Assembly (NCBI GenBank): GCA_009914755.4
Contig: CP068257.2
Location: 38,880,001-38,944,000, forward strand
DNA length: 64,000 nucleotides
Direction: 5' to 3'
Source of the DNA: the human T2T-CHM13v2.0 reference genome, Homo sapiens
The notes below the pieces were generated by a model that was not told the DNA's origin, did not search any database, and saw only the letters and a program-made list of their open reading frames with translations. Of the stretch, positions 1 to 12,848 are shown in pieces. Made by a program: the position numbers and the translations under genes. Position 1 is the stretch's first letter; the number at the start of each line of letters is the position of its first letter.

Positions 1-2182
1 GACTCTGGCAATTTTCCCTTGCAGGCCTGCCTCTTTCTAGTGTTGCACGCCACCCCCACCCTCCAGTCACCTCTGTCTTTTCTCAGTTCAGCAACTGCTG
101 CAGTTGCTAAAACAGAAATTAGATTCTCTGTTCAAATCCATGCAAAAGTACCCTGTACCATTCAAGGGTATTCCAAGGGCTGCAATACCCCAGGTAACCT
201 GTCTCCCATTTCCTCTCTGTCCTACCTACCCTCCTTCTATAAACACCCCCACACCCAATTCATTCAACCCAGGCACACTGGCCTTTGTGCTGTTTCTGCA
301 ACATGCTAGTCACACTCCTGCCCTAAGACCTTTGCCTAGCTTCTCTCTCTGCCTGAAAAGCTCTTCCTCTAAATACATTTCACCAGCAACTTCCCTTCCT
401 TTAAGCATTTCCTCGGATGCCACTTTCTCAGCAAGCCCTGTTTGAAGCATTTTGCCCCCACTGACTATTGCCAACCCCTATGCCATCACTCCCAACCCCC
501 CTTCCCGGGGGTCTCATTTCTTTCACACATGCTACACATAACATTTGATCATACTATGTAATTTACATATTTATTAGGTTTGATGTAGTACCCTTCTTCC
601 CACAACAGAAATCCCATAAAGGAAAACTTTTGTCTGTTATGTTCACTCAAATATCTAAGACACCTAGAATAATGACCAGAGTATAATAAGTAACCAATAA
701 ATATCTTTCAAATAAATCAAGTGATTTTTCCATTGCTTTAGAAAAAAAAAATCCTATTCTAGTGCTTCAGAGCCTTTGATAAATTCTACTTTATAATGCA
801 TGTGTTATTAGGTATAGATTATAGATAATGAGGATAAGTTCCACTTAAATTAAGAAATTGGCTTGCTTTCTATTTGAATATAGGTCATTGGTAGCCAGTT
901 ATATAAAAATAAGAAAAAAGAACTAATTGAGAACAGGCTGACTTCCCACCACACTCCCAGAGCAGATTCCAAGACCAAAGAAATAAAATAAAACTCTAAA
1001 GGAACTAGAAATTTATGATCTTTCTCACAAATAATTCAAAAAATTTTTAAGAAACCTCAGAACTCTTCAAAAAATACAGAGAAACAATTCACTGAGATCA
1101 GGAAACAATAAATGATCAATATTAGAAATTTAGCAGTGAGATTGACATTTTTTTTTAAAAGCAAATTCTGGAGCTAGAAAATACAATCGAGGAGCAGAAA
1201 AATGCAATAAAGGTCATCAACAGTAGACCTGATAAGGCAGAAGAAAGAATCTGTGAACTTAAAGAAGAAATTATATAATTAGAACAGAAAAAAAGAAAGA
1301 ATGAGAAAATTTGAAGAAAGTATACATGGAATTATATGACCAATTCAAGAAAGCAAATCTTTGCATTACAGGAGTTTGAGGCAAAGAAGAGGAAGACTAA
1401 GAGGTAGAACACTTACTTAAAAAACTAATAGTATAAAACTTTCCAAATCTAGGGAAAGGTATAAATATACAGGTACAGAAAAGTCAAAATTTTCAATCAG
1501 ATTCAATGCAAGCAAGACTACACCAAGACATGCTATAATCAAACTATCAAAAATCAAAGACAAAGAGAGGAGCCTGAAAACAGCAAGAGAAAATAAGTGA
1601 ATCAAAAATAAAGGGGTTCCAATAAAGCTAGCAGCAGATTCCTCAGAAGAAACCTTACAAACCAGGAGGAGGTGGGATGATACATGCAGAATGCTGAAAG
1701 AAAAAACTGCCAATTCAACAAACCTGTCCTTCAGAAAAGGACATAACTTTAATTGTATACAAAATCTCTATACTTTTACTCTTGCCAACACTTATATTTT
1801 TAATGTCAAAATTTTACATTTTTAAATATTAGCTTATTATTAGGAGAAATAAAGGAAGAATAAAAATTGTCCCAGGAAAACATAAAGCTGAAGTAGTTCA
1901 TCACCAGCAGACCCCTTTTACAAGAAACACTAAAGGGAGCTCTACAGGCTGAAAGAACATTAATAAACAACACGAAAATATATGAAAGTTAAAACTCAGT
2001 CTAAGTAAGTAAATGGTCAAATTAAGTATACTCTAATACTGTAATGGTAGTATGTAAATTGCTTATATCTTTAGTATGAAGGTTCAAAGACAAAACCATT
2101 AAAAATAATATTAGCTACAACAATTTGTTAAGAAATATGCAATATTAAAAGATCCAAATTGTGACATCAAAAATAGAAAACT

Positions 2183-2498
<316 letters not shown>

Positions 2499-2699
2499 TA
2501 CATATATATATAAACTGTTGGGCGAAGTGAAAGTGTAGCCTTTGTATGCAATTAAAGTTATGTCATTAGTAGCTTAAAATAGCCTGTTATAAATATAAGC
2601 CACCTATGTAATCCTCATGGTAATCATAAAGCAAAAACCTATAGTAGACACACAAAGATAAAAAGTAAAGGATCAAAGCACACCACTAAACAAAATCAC

Positions 2700-5600
2700 C
2701 TAATCACAAAGGAAGACAGCAAGAGAGGAAGAAAGAAACAAAGGATCTACAAAACAACCAGAAAGCCAGTAACAAAGTGACACTAATAAGTCCTTACCTA
2801 TTTACAATTACCTTGAATGTAAATGGATTAAATTTTACAACAAAAAGACAAAGAGTGGATAAGTGGATTTAAAAAGAACACAACATGACCCAACTATGTG
2901 CTGCTTGTAAGACAGTCACTTCAGATTTAAGGACATGCATAGACTGAAAGGCCATAAGTCTTAACAAATCTAGGGAGATTGAAATCACATCAGGTATCTT
3001 TTCCAACCACAATGGTATGAAACTAGAAATCAATAACAGGAGAAATTTTGGAAGATTCACACATACATGGAAATTAAACATGTTCCTGAATGATCAATGG
3101 GTCAAAGAAGAAATTAATAGGTCATTTTTTACGTCTAAATTTTAAGTACTAAAATATCATTGAGACTAATGAAAACAGAGACAGTGTGCCAAAACTTATA
3201 GGATGTAGCAAAAGTAGTTCTAATAAAGAAGTTTTTAACAAAAAAACTTTTAAATTAAAAAAAAAAGATGATTTCAAATAACCTAAAGTTACACTTCAAG
3301 GAACAAGAAAAAGGAGAACAAACTAAGCCCATAATTGGTAGAAGGGAGGAAATAATAAAGGTCAGTACAAACACAAATAAAATAGAACTAGAAAAACAAT
3401 AGAAAAGATCAACAAAACTAAAGTTGGGTTTTTTTTTTTCAAAAATAGAACCAACAAATCGTTAGCTAGACTAAGAAAAAAAGAAGACAAAATCAGAAAT
3501 AAAAGGAGAAACATTACACCTGATACAACAGAAATACGAAGGATTATAAAAAGCTAATATGAACAGTTATACACCAACAAACTGGATAACATAAAAAAAC
3601 AGATAAATATCTAGACACATACAACTTACCAAGACTGAATCATGAATATAACAATCTGAATAGATCAGAGATGAGTAACAAGATTGAGTCAATAGTAAAA
3701 AGACTCTAATCAAGGAAAAATCCAGGACCTGATGGCTTCATTGATAAATTCTATGAAATATTGAAGAACTAATCCTAATCTTCCCCAAATTATTTTAAAA
3801 AGTCTAAGAGGTGAAGCTTGCAACTCATTTAACAAGGTCAGCATTACCCTGATACCAAAGCCAGACAAGAACACTCTAAGAAAATTGCAGGCCCGTATCC
3901 TAGCAAACCAAATTCAACAGCGCACTACAAAGGCTATTCACCTTGATCAGTACGATTGGTCCCTAGAATGGAAGAATGGTTCAATACATGCAAATCAATA
4001 CATGGGATGCACCACATTACCACAATGAAGGGGAAAACCACGTGCATCTCAATAGATGCAGAAAAGGCTTTTGAGAAAATTCAAAATTATTTCATGATAA
4101 AATTCTCAACAAATTAGGTATAGAAAGAATGTTGCTCAATACAATAAAGGGCATATGTGACAAACCCAAAGCTAACATTGTACACAATGATGAAAAATTG
4201 AAAGTTTTCCTCTAATATCAGGAAGAAAATAACTATGCCCACTCTTGTCCTTTCTGTTCTACTTCTCTGGAAGTCCTAACTGGAGAAATTAGGAAAAAGA
4301 AAGGAATTAAAAACATCCAAATTGGAAAAAAAAGAAGTTAAATTGTCACTGTTTGCAGGCTACATATCTTTTATGTAGAAAATTCTAAATACTCCACCAT
4401 AAAACTATTAGAACTAATAGATAAATACAAAAAAATTACAGAATACAAAATCAACACATAAAAAGTAGTAGAATATTTATACTCTAACAATGAACTATCC
4501 AAAAAAGTTATCAAGAAAATAGTCTCATTTTTTACAGCTGCCAAAAAATAGTAAAATATCTAGGAATAAGTTTAACCAAGGAAGTGAAAAATCTGTACAC
4601 TAAAAACTACGACATTGTTAAAAGAAATTTAAGAAAATACAAATTGAAAAATATTCTATGTTTATGGATTGGAATAATTAATGTTGTTAAGATGTCCATA
4701 TTACCCAAAGTGATCTACAAATTCAATGCACTCCCTATCAAAATGGCATTTTTCAAAGAAATAGAAAAAAATTAGCATAAAATGTATATGAAACCCCATA
4801 AGACCCCCAAATAGCCAAAGCAATCTTGAGCAAAAGAACAAGTTGGAAGCATCACACTACTTGCCTCCAAAATATATACAAAGCTACAGTAACCAAAACA
4901 GATGGTACTGGCATAGAAACAGACACACAGACCAGTTGAACAGAATACAGAATAAAGAGCCCAGAAACAAATCCACACATTTACAGTCAATAGATTTTCA
5001 ACAAAGGTGCCAGGAACACACATTGAGGAAAGAACAATCTTAAATAAATGGTTCTGGGAAAACAATATCCACATGCAGAAGAATGAAATTAGACCCTTAT
5101 CTCACACCATATACAAAAATCAACTCAAAATGGATTAAACACTTAAACATAAGACTTGAAGTAAATACAGGGGAAAGGCTCCATAATATTGATCTTGGCA
5201 ATGAATTTAGTATGTGACCCTAAAAGCACAGGCAACAAACGTAGACAACTAGGATTATATCAACTTAAAAAGCTTCTGCACAGCAATGAAGACAATCAGC
5301 AAAGAGAACCTATGGAATAAGAGAATATATTTTCAAGCCATATGTCTGATAAGGGATTAATATCTAAAAGATATAAGGAATGCAAACAGCTCAATAGCAA
5401 AGAAACAAATAGCCTAATTAAAAAATGGCCAAAGAACCTGAATAGACATTTCTCAAAATAGGACATTCAAAAGGCCAATCGATACATGAAAAAATGCTCA
5501 ACATCATTAATCATCAGCAAAATGGAAATTAAAACCACAATGAGATGTCACCTCACACTTATCAGATGGCTGTTATCAAAAAGACAAAAGATAATAAGTA

Positions 5601-5830
5601 TTGGTGAGGATGTGTATCAAAGAGAACCCTAGTACTCTATTGGTGGAAATTTACACTGGTACAGCCATTTTTGGAAACAGTATAGAGGTTCTTCAAAAAA
5701 TCAAAAATAGAACTACCATATTATCCAGTAATTCCACTGTTGGATCTATATCCAAAGGCTGTGAATTAAATCAGCGTATCGAAGAGATATCTCCACCTCC
5801 ATGTTCATTGCAGCATTATTCACAATAGAC
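2700..5830 (+). pseudogene. Decayed L1 ORF2 (endonuclease/reverse transcriptase) remnant inside the L1 above. It is non-functional, with frameshifts, stops and internal deletions.
   Basis: Short ORF-track fragments (4584-4775, 5601-5828) translate to recognisable L1 ORF2p segments separated by stops. The region carries the FADDM-type reverse-transcriptase motif. Confidence 0.7.
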
Positions 5831-6612
5831 AAAAATTAGAATCAACCTAAGTGTCAACAGAAGAATAAAGAAAATTTACACAAGTAAATAATATTCAGCT
5901 TTATAAAAAAGGAAATTCTGTCATTTGAAACATGGCTAAGCTTGAAGGACATTATGTTAAGTAAAATAAGCCAGACACAAATGACAAACACTGCTTGATC
6001 TCATATGTGAAATCTAAAAGAATTAAATTCATAGAAGTAGTGAGTAGAATGGTGGTTTCCAGGGGTGGGGGCAGGGGTGGGGAGTTGGGGAGATGTTGGT
6101 CAAAGACGACAAAATTTCAGTCAGACAGAAAGAATAAGTTCAAGAAATCTATCCTACAACACGGTGACTGCAATTAATAACAACATATTGTATTCCTGAA
6201 AAGCCCTTAGAGTAAATTTGAAGTGTTCTGAGCATAAAAATAAGTATATTCAGTAATGCATAGGTTAATTAGCTCAATTTAGCCATTCCCCAATGTATAC
6301 ATATAAGAAAACATCCTGTTGTACACAATAAATATATATACATTTATTTGTCAATATACAAATAAATTGTTTAAAAAATAAAGTTAATTGGGATTGCTTT
6401 TCATAAAGATCAGCTTGCATACATTTGCCTTTGCAGAGTTTTGCATCACTAAATGGAAGCTGATTTCTAACTTGTATTTCCAGCTATGAGAACTGCTATG
6501 TTGGAATTGGTCAAAATAACGTGGATTTTGAAACCACTAAAATTATGAAATATGAAGTACTGGATTTCGAGTATAATCCAACAGACTCATCAAAGTCTAG
6601 CACATGGTAGGT

Positions 6613-6830
6613 TGCATAGTAAAGTGTTAAGAGTATGGATTTTGGCATTAGATCTGGGTTTCAAAATCTGCACATGTCATAACCTTTCTGTGTCTCGGTT
6701 TTCCTCATTTATAAAACGGGAATAATAACTCTGTGTCATTGGGCTGCTTAAATGTTTGGCACAGTGCCTCCTTCACAATGAGAGTTCAGGACATATCTCA
6801 TTTTGTTGCCAGGAGGAATTACTATTGTCA
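6613..6830 (+). mobile_element. MIR (mammalian-wide interspersed repeat) SINE fragment.
   Basis: Contains the MIR core CTCGGTTTTCCTCATTTATAAAACGGGAATAATAAC...GCTTAAATGTTTGGCACAGTGCCT, matching the consensus CTCAGTTTCCTCATCTGTAAAATGGGGATAATAATA...GCGCTTAGAACAGTGCCTGGCACA. Confidence 0.6.
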
Positions 6831-6864
6831 ATTGTATATGAAGGCAACAATGACCCACCATTAC

Positions 6865-7015
6865 GAGCTGAGTAACCTTAAAGAGCTCACTGTATTTCAG
6901 TGAGCCTCAGTTTGATTATCTAAAAATGGGAATACGCCACACCTGCTCTGCAAGACTGCTGTGAGGACTAAACAAAGCAATGCGTATAAAAAACCACACA
7001 GTGGCTGGCCCATGG
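6865..7015 (+). mobile_element. Second MIR-like fragment immediately downstream.
   Basis: GAGCCTCAGTTTGATTATCTAAAAATGGGAATA...GCTGTGAGGACTAAACAAAGCAATGCGTATAAA resembles the MIR core plus GTTGTGAGGATTAAATGAGTTAATGCATGTAAAG. Confidence 0.45.
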
Positions 7016-7184
7016 GCTTCCCTTTCTGCTGTAGATGGGTGTTTTAGAGACAACTTCCCTAGGATTGGAAGAAAGGTGGTAGAAACTGACTTCTGTATAA
7101 ACCAGCAAGATTATAAAAACAGCTGCCTGGCATTGTTCAGGATTTATAAGCACATGTATTTCACATATACCTATGTAAACATGA

Positions 7185-7270
7185 ATATATATACAGTATG
7201 TGTATATATATATAATATGTATATATGCACTATGTATATATATATATATAGTGTGTGTGTATATATATAC

Positions 7271-7318
<48 letters not shown>

Positions 7319-7384
7319 GTGTATATATATATATGGGTGTGTATATATATATATATATATATATGGGTGTATATATATATATGG

Positions 7385-7425
<41 letters not shown>
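7185..7425. repeat. Compound (TA)n/(TG)n microsatellite with periodic GGGTGTG interruptions.
   Basis: The sequence is nearly pure TATATA with GGGTGT(G)TATATATATAT blocks recurring roughly every 25-50 bp. Confidence 0.95.
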
Positions 7426-8376
7426 CATCACTGACAGATATATGAGAGAAAAAATATGGTACATATTATAAGAGAGTAATAAAACATTCTTACAATTCTC
7501 AAATAGAATTTTAGAATCCACAGAATTTCTCAATGCTAAGAAGGGAGATTAATTTAAACACAAGAGAATTTCTCATTATAGCAATGTAATACGCAGCTCA
7601 TTCTTTATCATGTAAGAGAGCTGGAGCTATAAATAATGCCTTGTAGTATGAGTAATAATTCCTGAAAAAAATTAACTGGAATGAAGCAGGTTTTTAATAC
7701 AGTATTCAATGAAATCATCTAAATTTACCTAAGCTAGAAACAGACTACTTTGAAATAAGTGTATGAATACTTGCAGACTATAAAAGATTGAAAAGATTAC
7801 TACTATTTTATCTGTTTATGTGGTCATATACCACAATAGAGTAAAACACCATATGTCAAATATCTAGACAGCTATTGAGGAATCTAGCTCAACAATACAA
7901 GTGATCCTAGCCACAAGATTAAACAGTTCTGACACAAATAGTCCATCTCTTCACAGGTTTCTCTCTTGCTCTTTGAATACCTCAATCAGACATTCAGATT
8001 AAAGCAAACAAAAAAACCAAAACTCTACTACATATAGGATGATAGCAGCCAGAACCTTCCAATCTGTGCCAGCCTCTAGATGAAAGATCTCTGTTCTTAT
8101 TTAAGAAGGCACTCACCAGCAACGCATGTGTCTCATTTACTATGTGGGACAAACTATGATCCAACGTGCCCATTAAGTTTCTGGGGAAAGTTTAAGAAAT
8201 AATTAGGGAATTTAACTTTACTTTTCTCTTGCTCTTTTCCAAACCATATCTAAGACAGTTGGGTTAAAGAAGCAGAAATGCAATTAAATTTAGCAAATAT
8301 TTTTTGAAAACTTCTCAGATGCATAGAAGGAAGTCATCCAAGTGTCTGTGCTGGAGGTGAAGATCTGAGCACCCTT

Positions 8377-8688
8377 CTTTTTTTCTTTTTCTTTTTCTTT
8401 TGGAGACAGTGTCTCACTCTGTCACCCAGGATGGAGTGTAGTGATGCGATCTCGGCTCACTGCAATCTTTGCCTCCTGGGTTCAAGTGATTCTCTTGCCT
8501 CAGCCTCCTGAGTAGCTGGGACTACAGACACCCACCACCACACCTGGCTAATTTTTGTATTTTTAGTAGAGACAGGGTTTCACCATGTTGGCTAGGATGG
8601 TCTCGATCTCCTGACCTCACGATCCACCTGCCTCGGTCTCCCAAAGTGCTGAGATTACAGGCGTCAGGCGTGAGCCACTGCGCCCGGC
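8377..8688 (-). mobile_element. Alu SINE (AluS/Y-like), full length, with a ~14 bp target-site duplication GAG(C/T)ACCCTTCTTT.
   Basis: Runs from poly-T at 8377 through GAGACAGTGTCTCACTCTGTCACCCAGGATGGAGTG to GGCGTGAGCCACTGCGCCCGGC at 8688. The flanks GAGCACCCTTCTTT (before) and GAGTACCCTTCTTT (after) match. Confidence 0.95.
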
Positions 8689-10196
8689 TGAGTACCCTTC
8701 TTTAGGAAGAAAACTTCAGCAGTACTGGGAGGGAGGAGGAGAAAAGGGAGATTGCAGGAAAAAAGTCTCAGGACAACACATGATTTGCTTCTTTTTGCCT
8801 TTTTCCTAAATATTTATGAAATAGTTTCTAAATATTTTGTTTTTTAAGTTTTCTGAAGAAAGCCCTTTAAATACATATATTTCATAAATACAGGATTTAT
8901 GTCTTGTTTTATGAGTAACATAGACATTCTAGTAATAAACTGCTTATTTCTGTAGTCTATGTCTTTATGTCTTTCAACTGATTAAGACTCCTGCTTCTAT
9001 TAATTTTTCCAGAAACCTTCCAGGAATAAATATCTGTTTTAAAAGAGAGATTAAGTGACCAGCAAGACCTCACTATTGAATGTCAACTTAACTATTTTCT
9101 TTCCAAATCTTACTTTTCTTTTTCTAATTCACAGCTTCATGGATGCAGACGGTACTCTTGACCTTGGAGATCTACATCATATTCTTCAGCATATTAAAGC
9201 TCCAGAAGGGAAGAGATGGCACCTTCAAGCTCAATCATTAATAAAGGGGCAATTTACAAAGCCAGTGCAGTACCCAGGGGCTAAGAGCAGCTCAAAACTG
9301 TCATCTTCCCTAGGCATGGAGGGTTAGTGGGCAGGAGTGGTTTCAGAGCAACCTGAATGGGAAGGAGCAGGTGAAACAAAATCAACTCTCTAACGATACT
9401 GCTCTTCTGCCCTATAGTCTCCTGCTGATGCCTCCCATTGTGGAACCTGGTAGGAAGCCCATGACCTGGGAGCCCATTGAGGCAGCCAGCCTCCTGGGGC
9501 TCAGAGCAGGGTGAAGACAGGGAAAGAGTGGGCTTGGAGAGGCAATATGGTAGGTATGCAGCACGAGGCTTCTCTTTTTAAAGAGAGCAAGCTCAAAGAG
9601 AATTTCATTGCAGAGATACTCCAAACAATATCTATTACTGCAAATATTACTTCATACAGCCTAAAGGTAGAATTAGTAGTCTCTTCTCAGCAGGGTTACC
9701 ATATTTAGCTAATACAGGACACCATTTCAATCTAAATGTTAGTTACATAATGCATAATTTTTAGGATAAGTATGCTCCACACAATATTTGGAATATACTC
9801 ACACTAAATATTATGTTTTGTTTATCAGGAATTCAAATTGAACTGGGCATCCTCTATTTTATGTGACAACCTCACCTCTTTGTATATTAAAATATATATT
9901 CTTCAAATACATATTTGAAGTATTGTTATTACTTCTGTCCCAAACACTAGAGGAAATGATGCGTTTCTACCCAGGTGTGTTATATTTAGTATTATTCCTG
10001 TGAGCTTTATATTTGTGCTCCCCTTTTCAATCTGTGTCTTGAGTCCTCCATTTTTAAAAATTATGCTCCCTACTTTTATTCATTGTGATATATAAAGACT
10101 GTCTCCACAGAGAATGTACTGATTTCACTGAGGTCATCCATGAGCTGCCTCTTTTCTCATGAGAATAAATTTTTAAAGGCATTAAGCTTCGTATTC

Positions 10197-10495
<299 letters not shown>

Positions 10496-10964
10496 TAATG
10501 GATTATTAATGTTCTTTCCGGCTGCAGTGATTTTCTAATTTTGCTTTTGAATTGTATATATCTTGAAGAACTTAGAAGGTTTCTCATTCTTTCATATATC
10601 TAAACCAGGGACTCTTAATCTGGGGCCTGCATACCCTCTATGCATAAAATTCAGGAAGCTCCCTGAAGCTGGGTATAGGAAAACATTTGTTCTATTTTTC
10701 ACTAACCTCTAACTGAAATTTATCATGTTTTAAAATTATTAATATAGGCAACAAACCACAGTAGTATTAGTACTGTGACTTCATCATCAATAAAAATTAC
10801 TAATATTTTCAAAATCACATTTCAGATATAGCTCTCTATACATTTTTATTGACACTAATAACTTCTTAAAATTTGCTATGGACACAAATCTAGTGTGTCA
10901 TTTAATAAATTAATCAAGAAGAACATATCATACATCATGGATTTTATCTAATTTGATAACTGTA

Positions 10965-11470
10965 TTAGTTTACTATTGCTGCTGTAACAAATCGCCACAA
11001 ACTTGATGACATAAAAGAATACCAAGGTATTATCTATAGTTCTGTAGGCCATAAATCCAAAATGGGTCAAGCTGGGCTAAAAGCAAGGGGTTGGCAGGCC
11101 GTCTTCTTTCTACAGGCTCAAGGGGAGAATCTATTTTCTTATTTTTTCCAATGTCTAGAGGCTGCCCAAACCCCTCGGTTCATGGTCTCCTTCCATCTTC
11201 AAAGCCAGCAATGGCCCATCGAGTTTCCCATTGCATCACTCTGACACGGGTTCTCCCGTCTCTTCCTTCTACTTTTAAGGACTCTTGTCATGACATTGGA
11301 CTCACCCAGATAATCCACAATAATTTTCTTATGTCAAGGACAGCTGAGTAGCAAACTTAATTCTATCTCCACCTTTAATTTCCCCTTGCCATAGGACATA
11401 ACATATTCACAGGTCTGGCAACTAAGCCACAGGCATTTTTGGGGAGTCATAATTCTGCCTAACATATATA
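10965..11470 (+). mobile_element. LTR-like interspersed repeat, probably a MaLR/ERVL-class solo LTR. The family is uncertain.
   Basis: Starts with TATTAGTTTACTATTGCTGCTGTAACAAATCGCCACAAACTTGATGACATAAAAGAATA, a motif I recognise as the start of a common human interspersed repeat (consensus TATTAGTTTGCTAGGGCTGCCATAACAAAGTACCACAGACTGGGTGGCTTAAACAACAGAAATTTATT). Classification is from memory, not a database search. Confidence 0.4.
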
Positions 11471-12750
11471 TTAGTAATAATTTGCTAAATGATTTCCTTT
11501 ATAATATTATGTATAATTTTTTTTATTTAACAAAACTATCCTGAGGAGAGTTCCATGGGCTCCATGAGTTTGCCAGAGAGCTCTACGGCACACAGCAGGT
11601 TAAGAACGTCTCATTTGCGACAGTGATGCTGACAATTAGAACCATAGCATTCCTTTAAGGAAATATCTGCTACAAAGTCACTTGCATATGTTCTCTTTAC
11701 TTCCTACTTCCCAACGTTACGCATTAAGAATATCTATTATGCTACTTTTACAGAAGAAGAAACCAGGGTTTGGAGAGTGATCTGCCAAAGGCCACACTGC
11801 TGATGGGTTGCAGGGCTAAATTCAAAGAGCGCTCCACCGACCTTGGAGCTGAGGCTCCCATGCTTCAAGTCTTCTTCGAGCATTGCCCTGTATTCACTCA
11901 CCGCCTGATATGCTTCGACCAAGAGGATATTAGTACCAGATGAGTATCAGCCTACACTGTTTATTCCCCCTCTTATGGATGCATCTGACCAGACTAGAAA
12001 TGTTATCTTTGAAAAACAAACTCTAGCTACCTCTGTCCCCAGCTTTCCTGCATTATCAGAGAAAACTTTATTAACATGCACTTATAACAAGACTAGCACA
12101 TGTTTCTCCCACCAACTGTTGTAGCTAGAATGAGCAAGTGAGCAGGTGGCAGTGCTATCAAGGAGCTGTCAGATGCCAACTTCACGCTGCACATCCGCTG
12201 ATTTTCAGTGGGTTACCTTACCTCAGGTAGCTACAAGAACTCTCAAACAAAAATACACTGAAGATCTGGAACACAAATCTTTAAGTCATTAACATTCGTC
12301 TCTTTAATTTCAGGGCTTACCCAGGGTCCTATTTTCTCTGGATTTCTCAAGCCACAAAGATTAAGATCTAGCTCTGATTTTCATGTATTTGTTTGATTTG
12401 GTTTTGGTTTTAGTTTTGGCTGGATAGTATCTTCACTGTGCAACTTGGAACCGTATTTGACCTGGTAATTCAGGTCTGAATTGGCACTGATTTACAGCCA
12501 CTGTGAATTGATGGTCATGGGTTATCATTGTAGTTGGTCATTTCTGCTAGTTCACTGACTAGTGGAACCTCTCTTCCAGGCTTTCATCAGAAAGATGCTA
12601 TTGGATATTTCAAAAGAGCACCAGAGCTCCCCAACAGTGGCTCATAAACGTTTCTGGTAGAACAAATCCATGGGACACAATATCTCACCGTGACTCACTG
12701 TTCTATCTGGCCAGCTCTAGAAATGAACAGTCTGAGGCTTAGAACATTGA

Positions 12751-12848
12751 AGGAAAGGAAAGAGAAGAGAAGAGGAAAGAAGAGGGGAGGAGAAAAGAAG
12801 AGAAAAGAGGAAGAAAAGAGTGGGGCGAGGAGAGAGGAGGAAGAGGAT
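12751..12848. repeat. Purine-rich (GA)-rich simple repeat, (GGAA/GAAA/GAGA)n-like.
   Basis: AGGAAAGGAAAGAGAAGAGAAGAGGAAAGAAGAGGGGAGGAGAAAAGAAGAGAAAAGAGGAAGAAAAGAG... is almost exclusively purine on the + strand. Confidence 0.85.

Noticed and set aside
4584-5828. ORFs 4584-4775 and 5601-5828 with protein-like translations.
   Set aside because: These are genuine protein-derived sequences, but they are fragments of L1 ORF2p (…KMSILPKVIYKFNALPIKM…, …[12 protein letters not shown]…) in a decayed, stop-ridden L1. They are annotated as part of the mobile element or pseudogene, not as functional CDS.
9100-9330. Polypyrimidine tract TTTCTTTCCAAATCTTACTTTTCTTTTTCTAATTCACAG followed by the 90-aa ORF 9055-9327: a possible exon.
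   Set aside because: The acceptor-like motif exists, but the downstream ORF has no recognisable protein similarity and no convincing donor site. Pyrimidine-AG motifs are frequent by chance in AT-rich DNA. It is much weaker than the 47.53 kb candidate.
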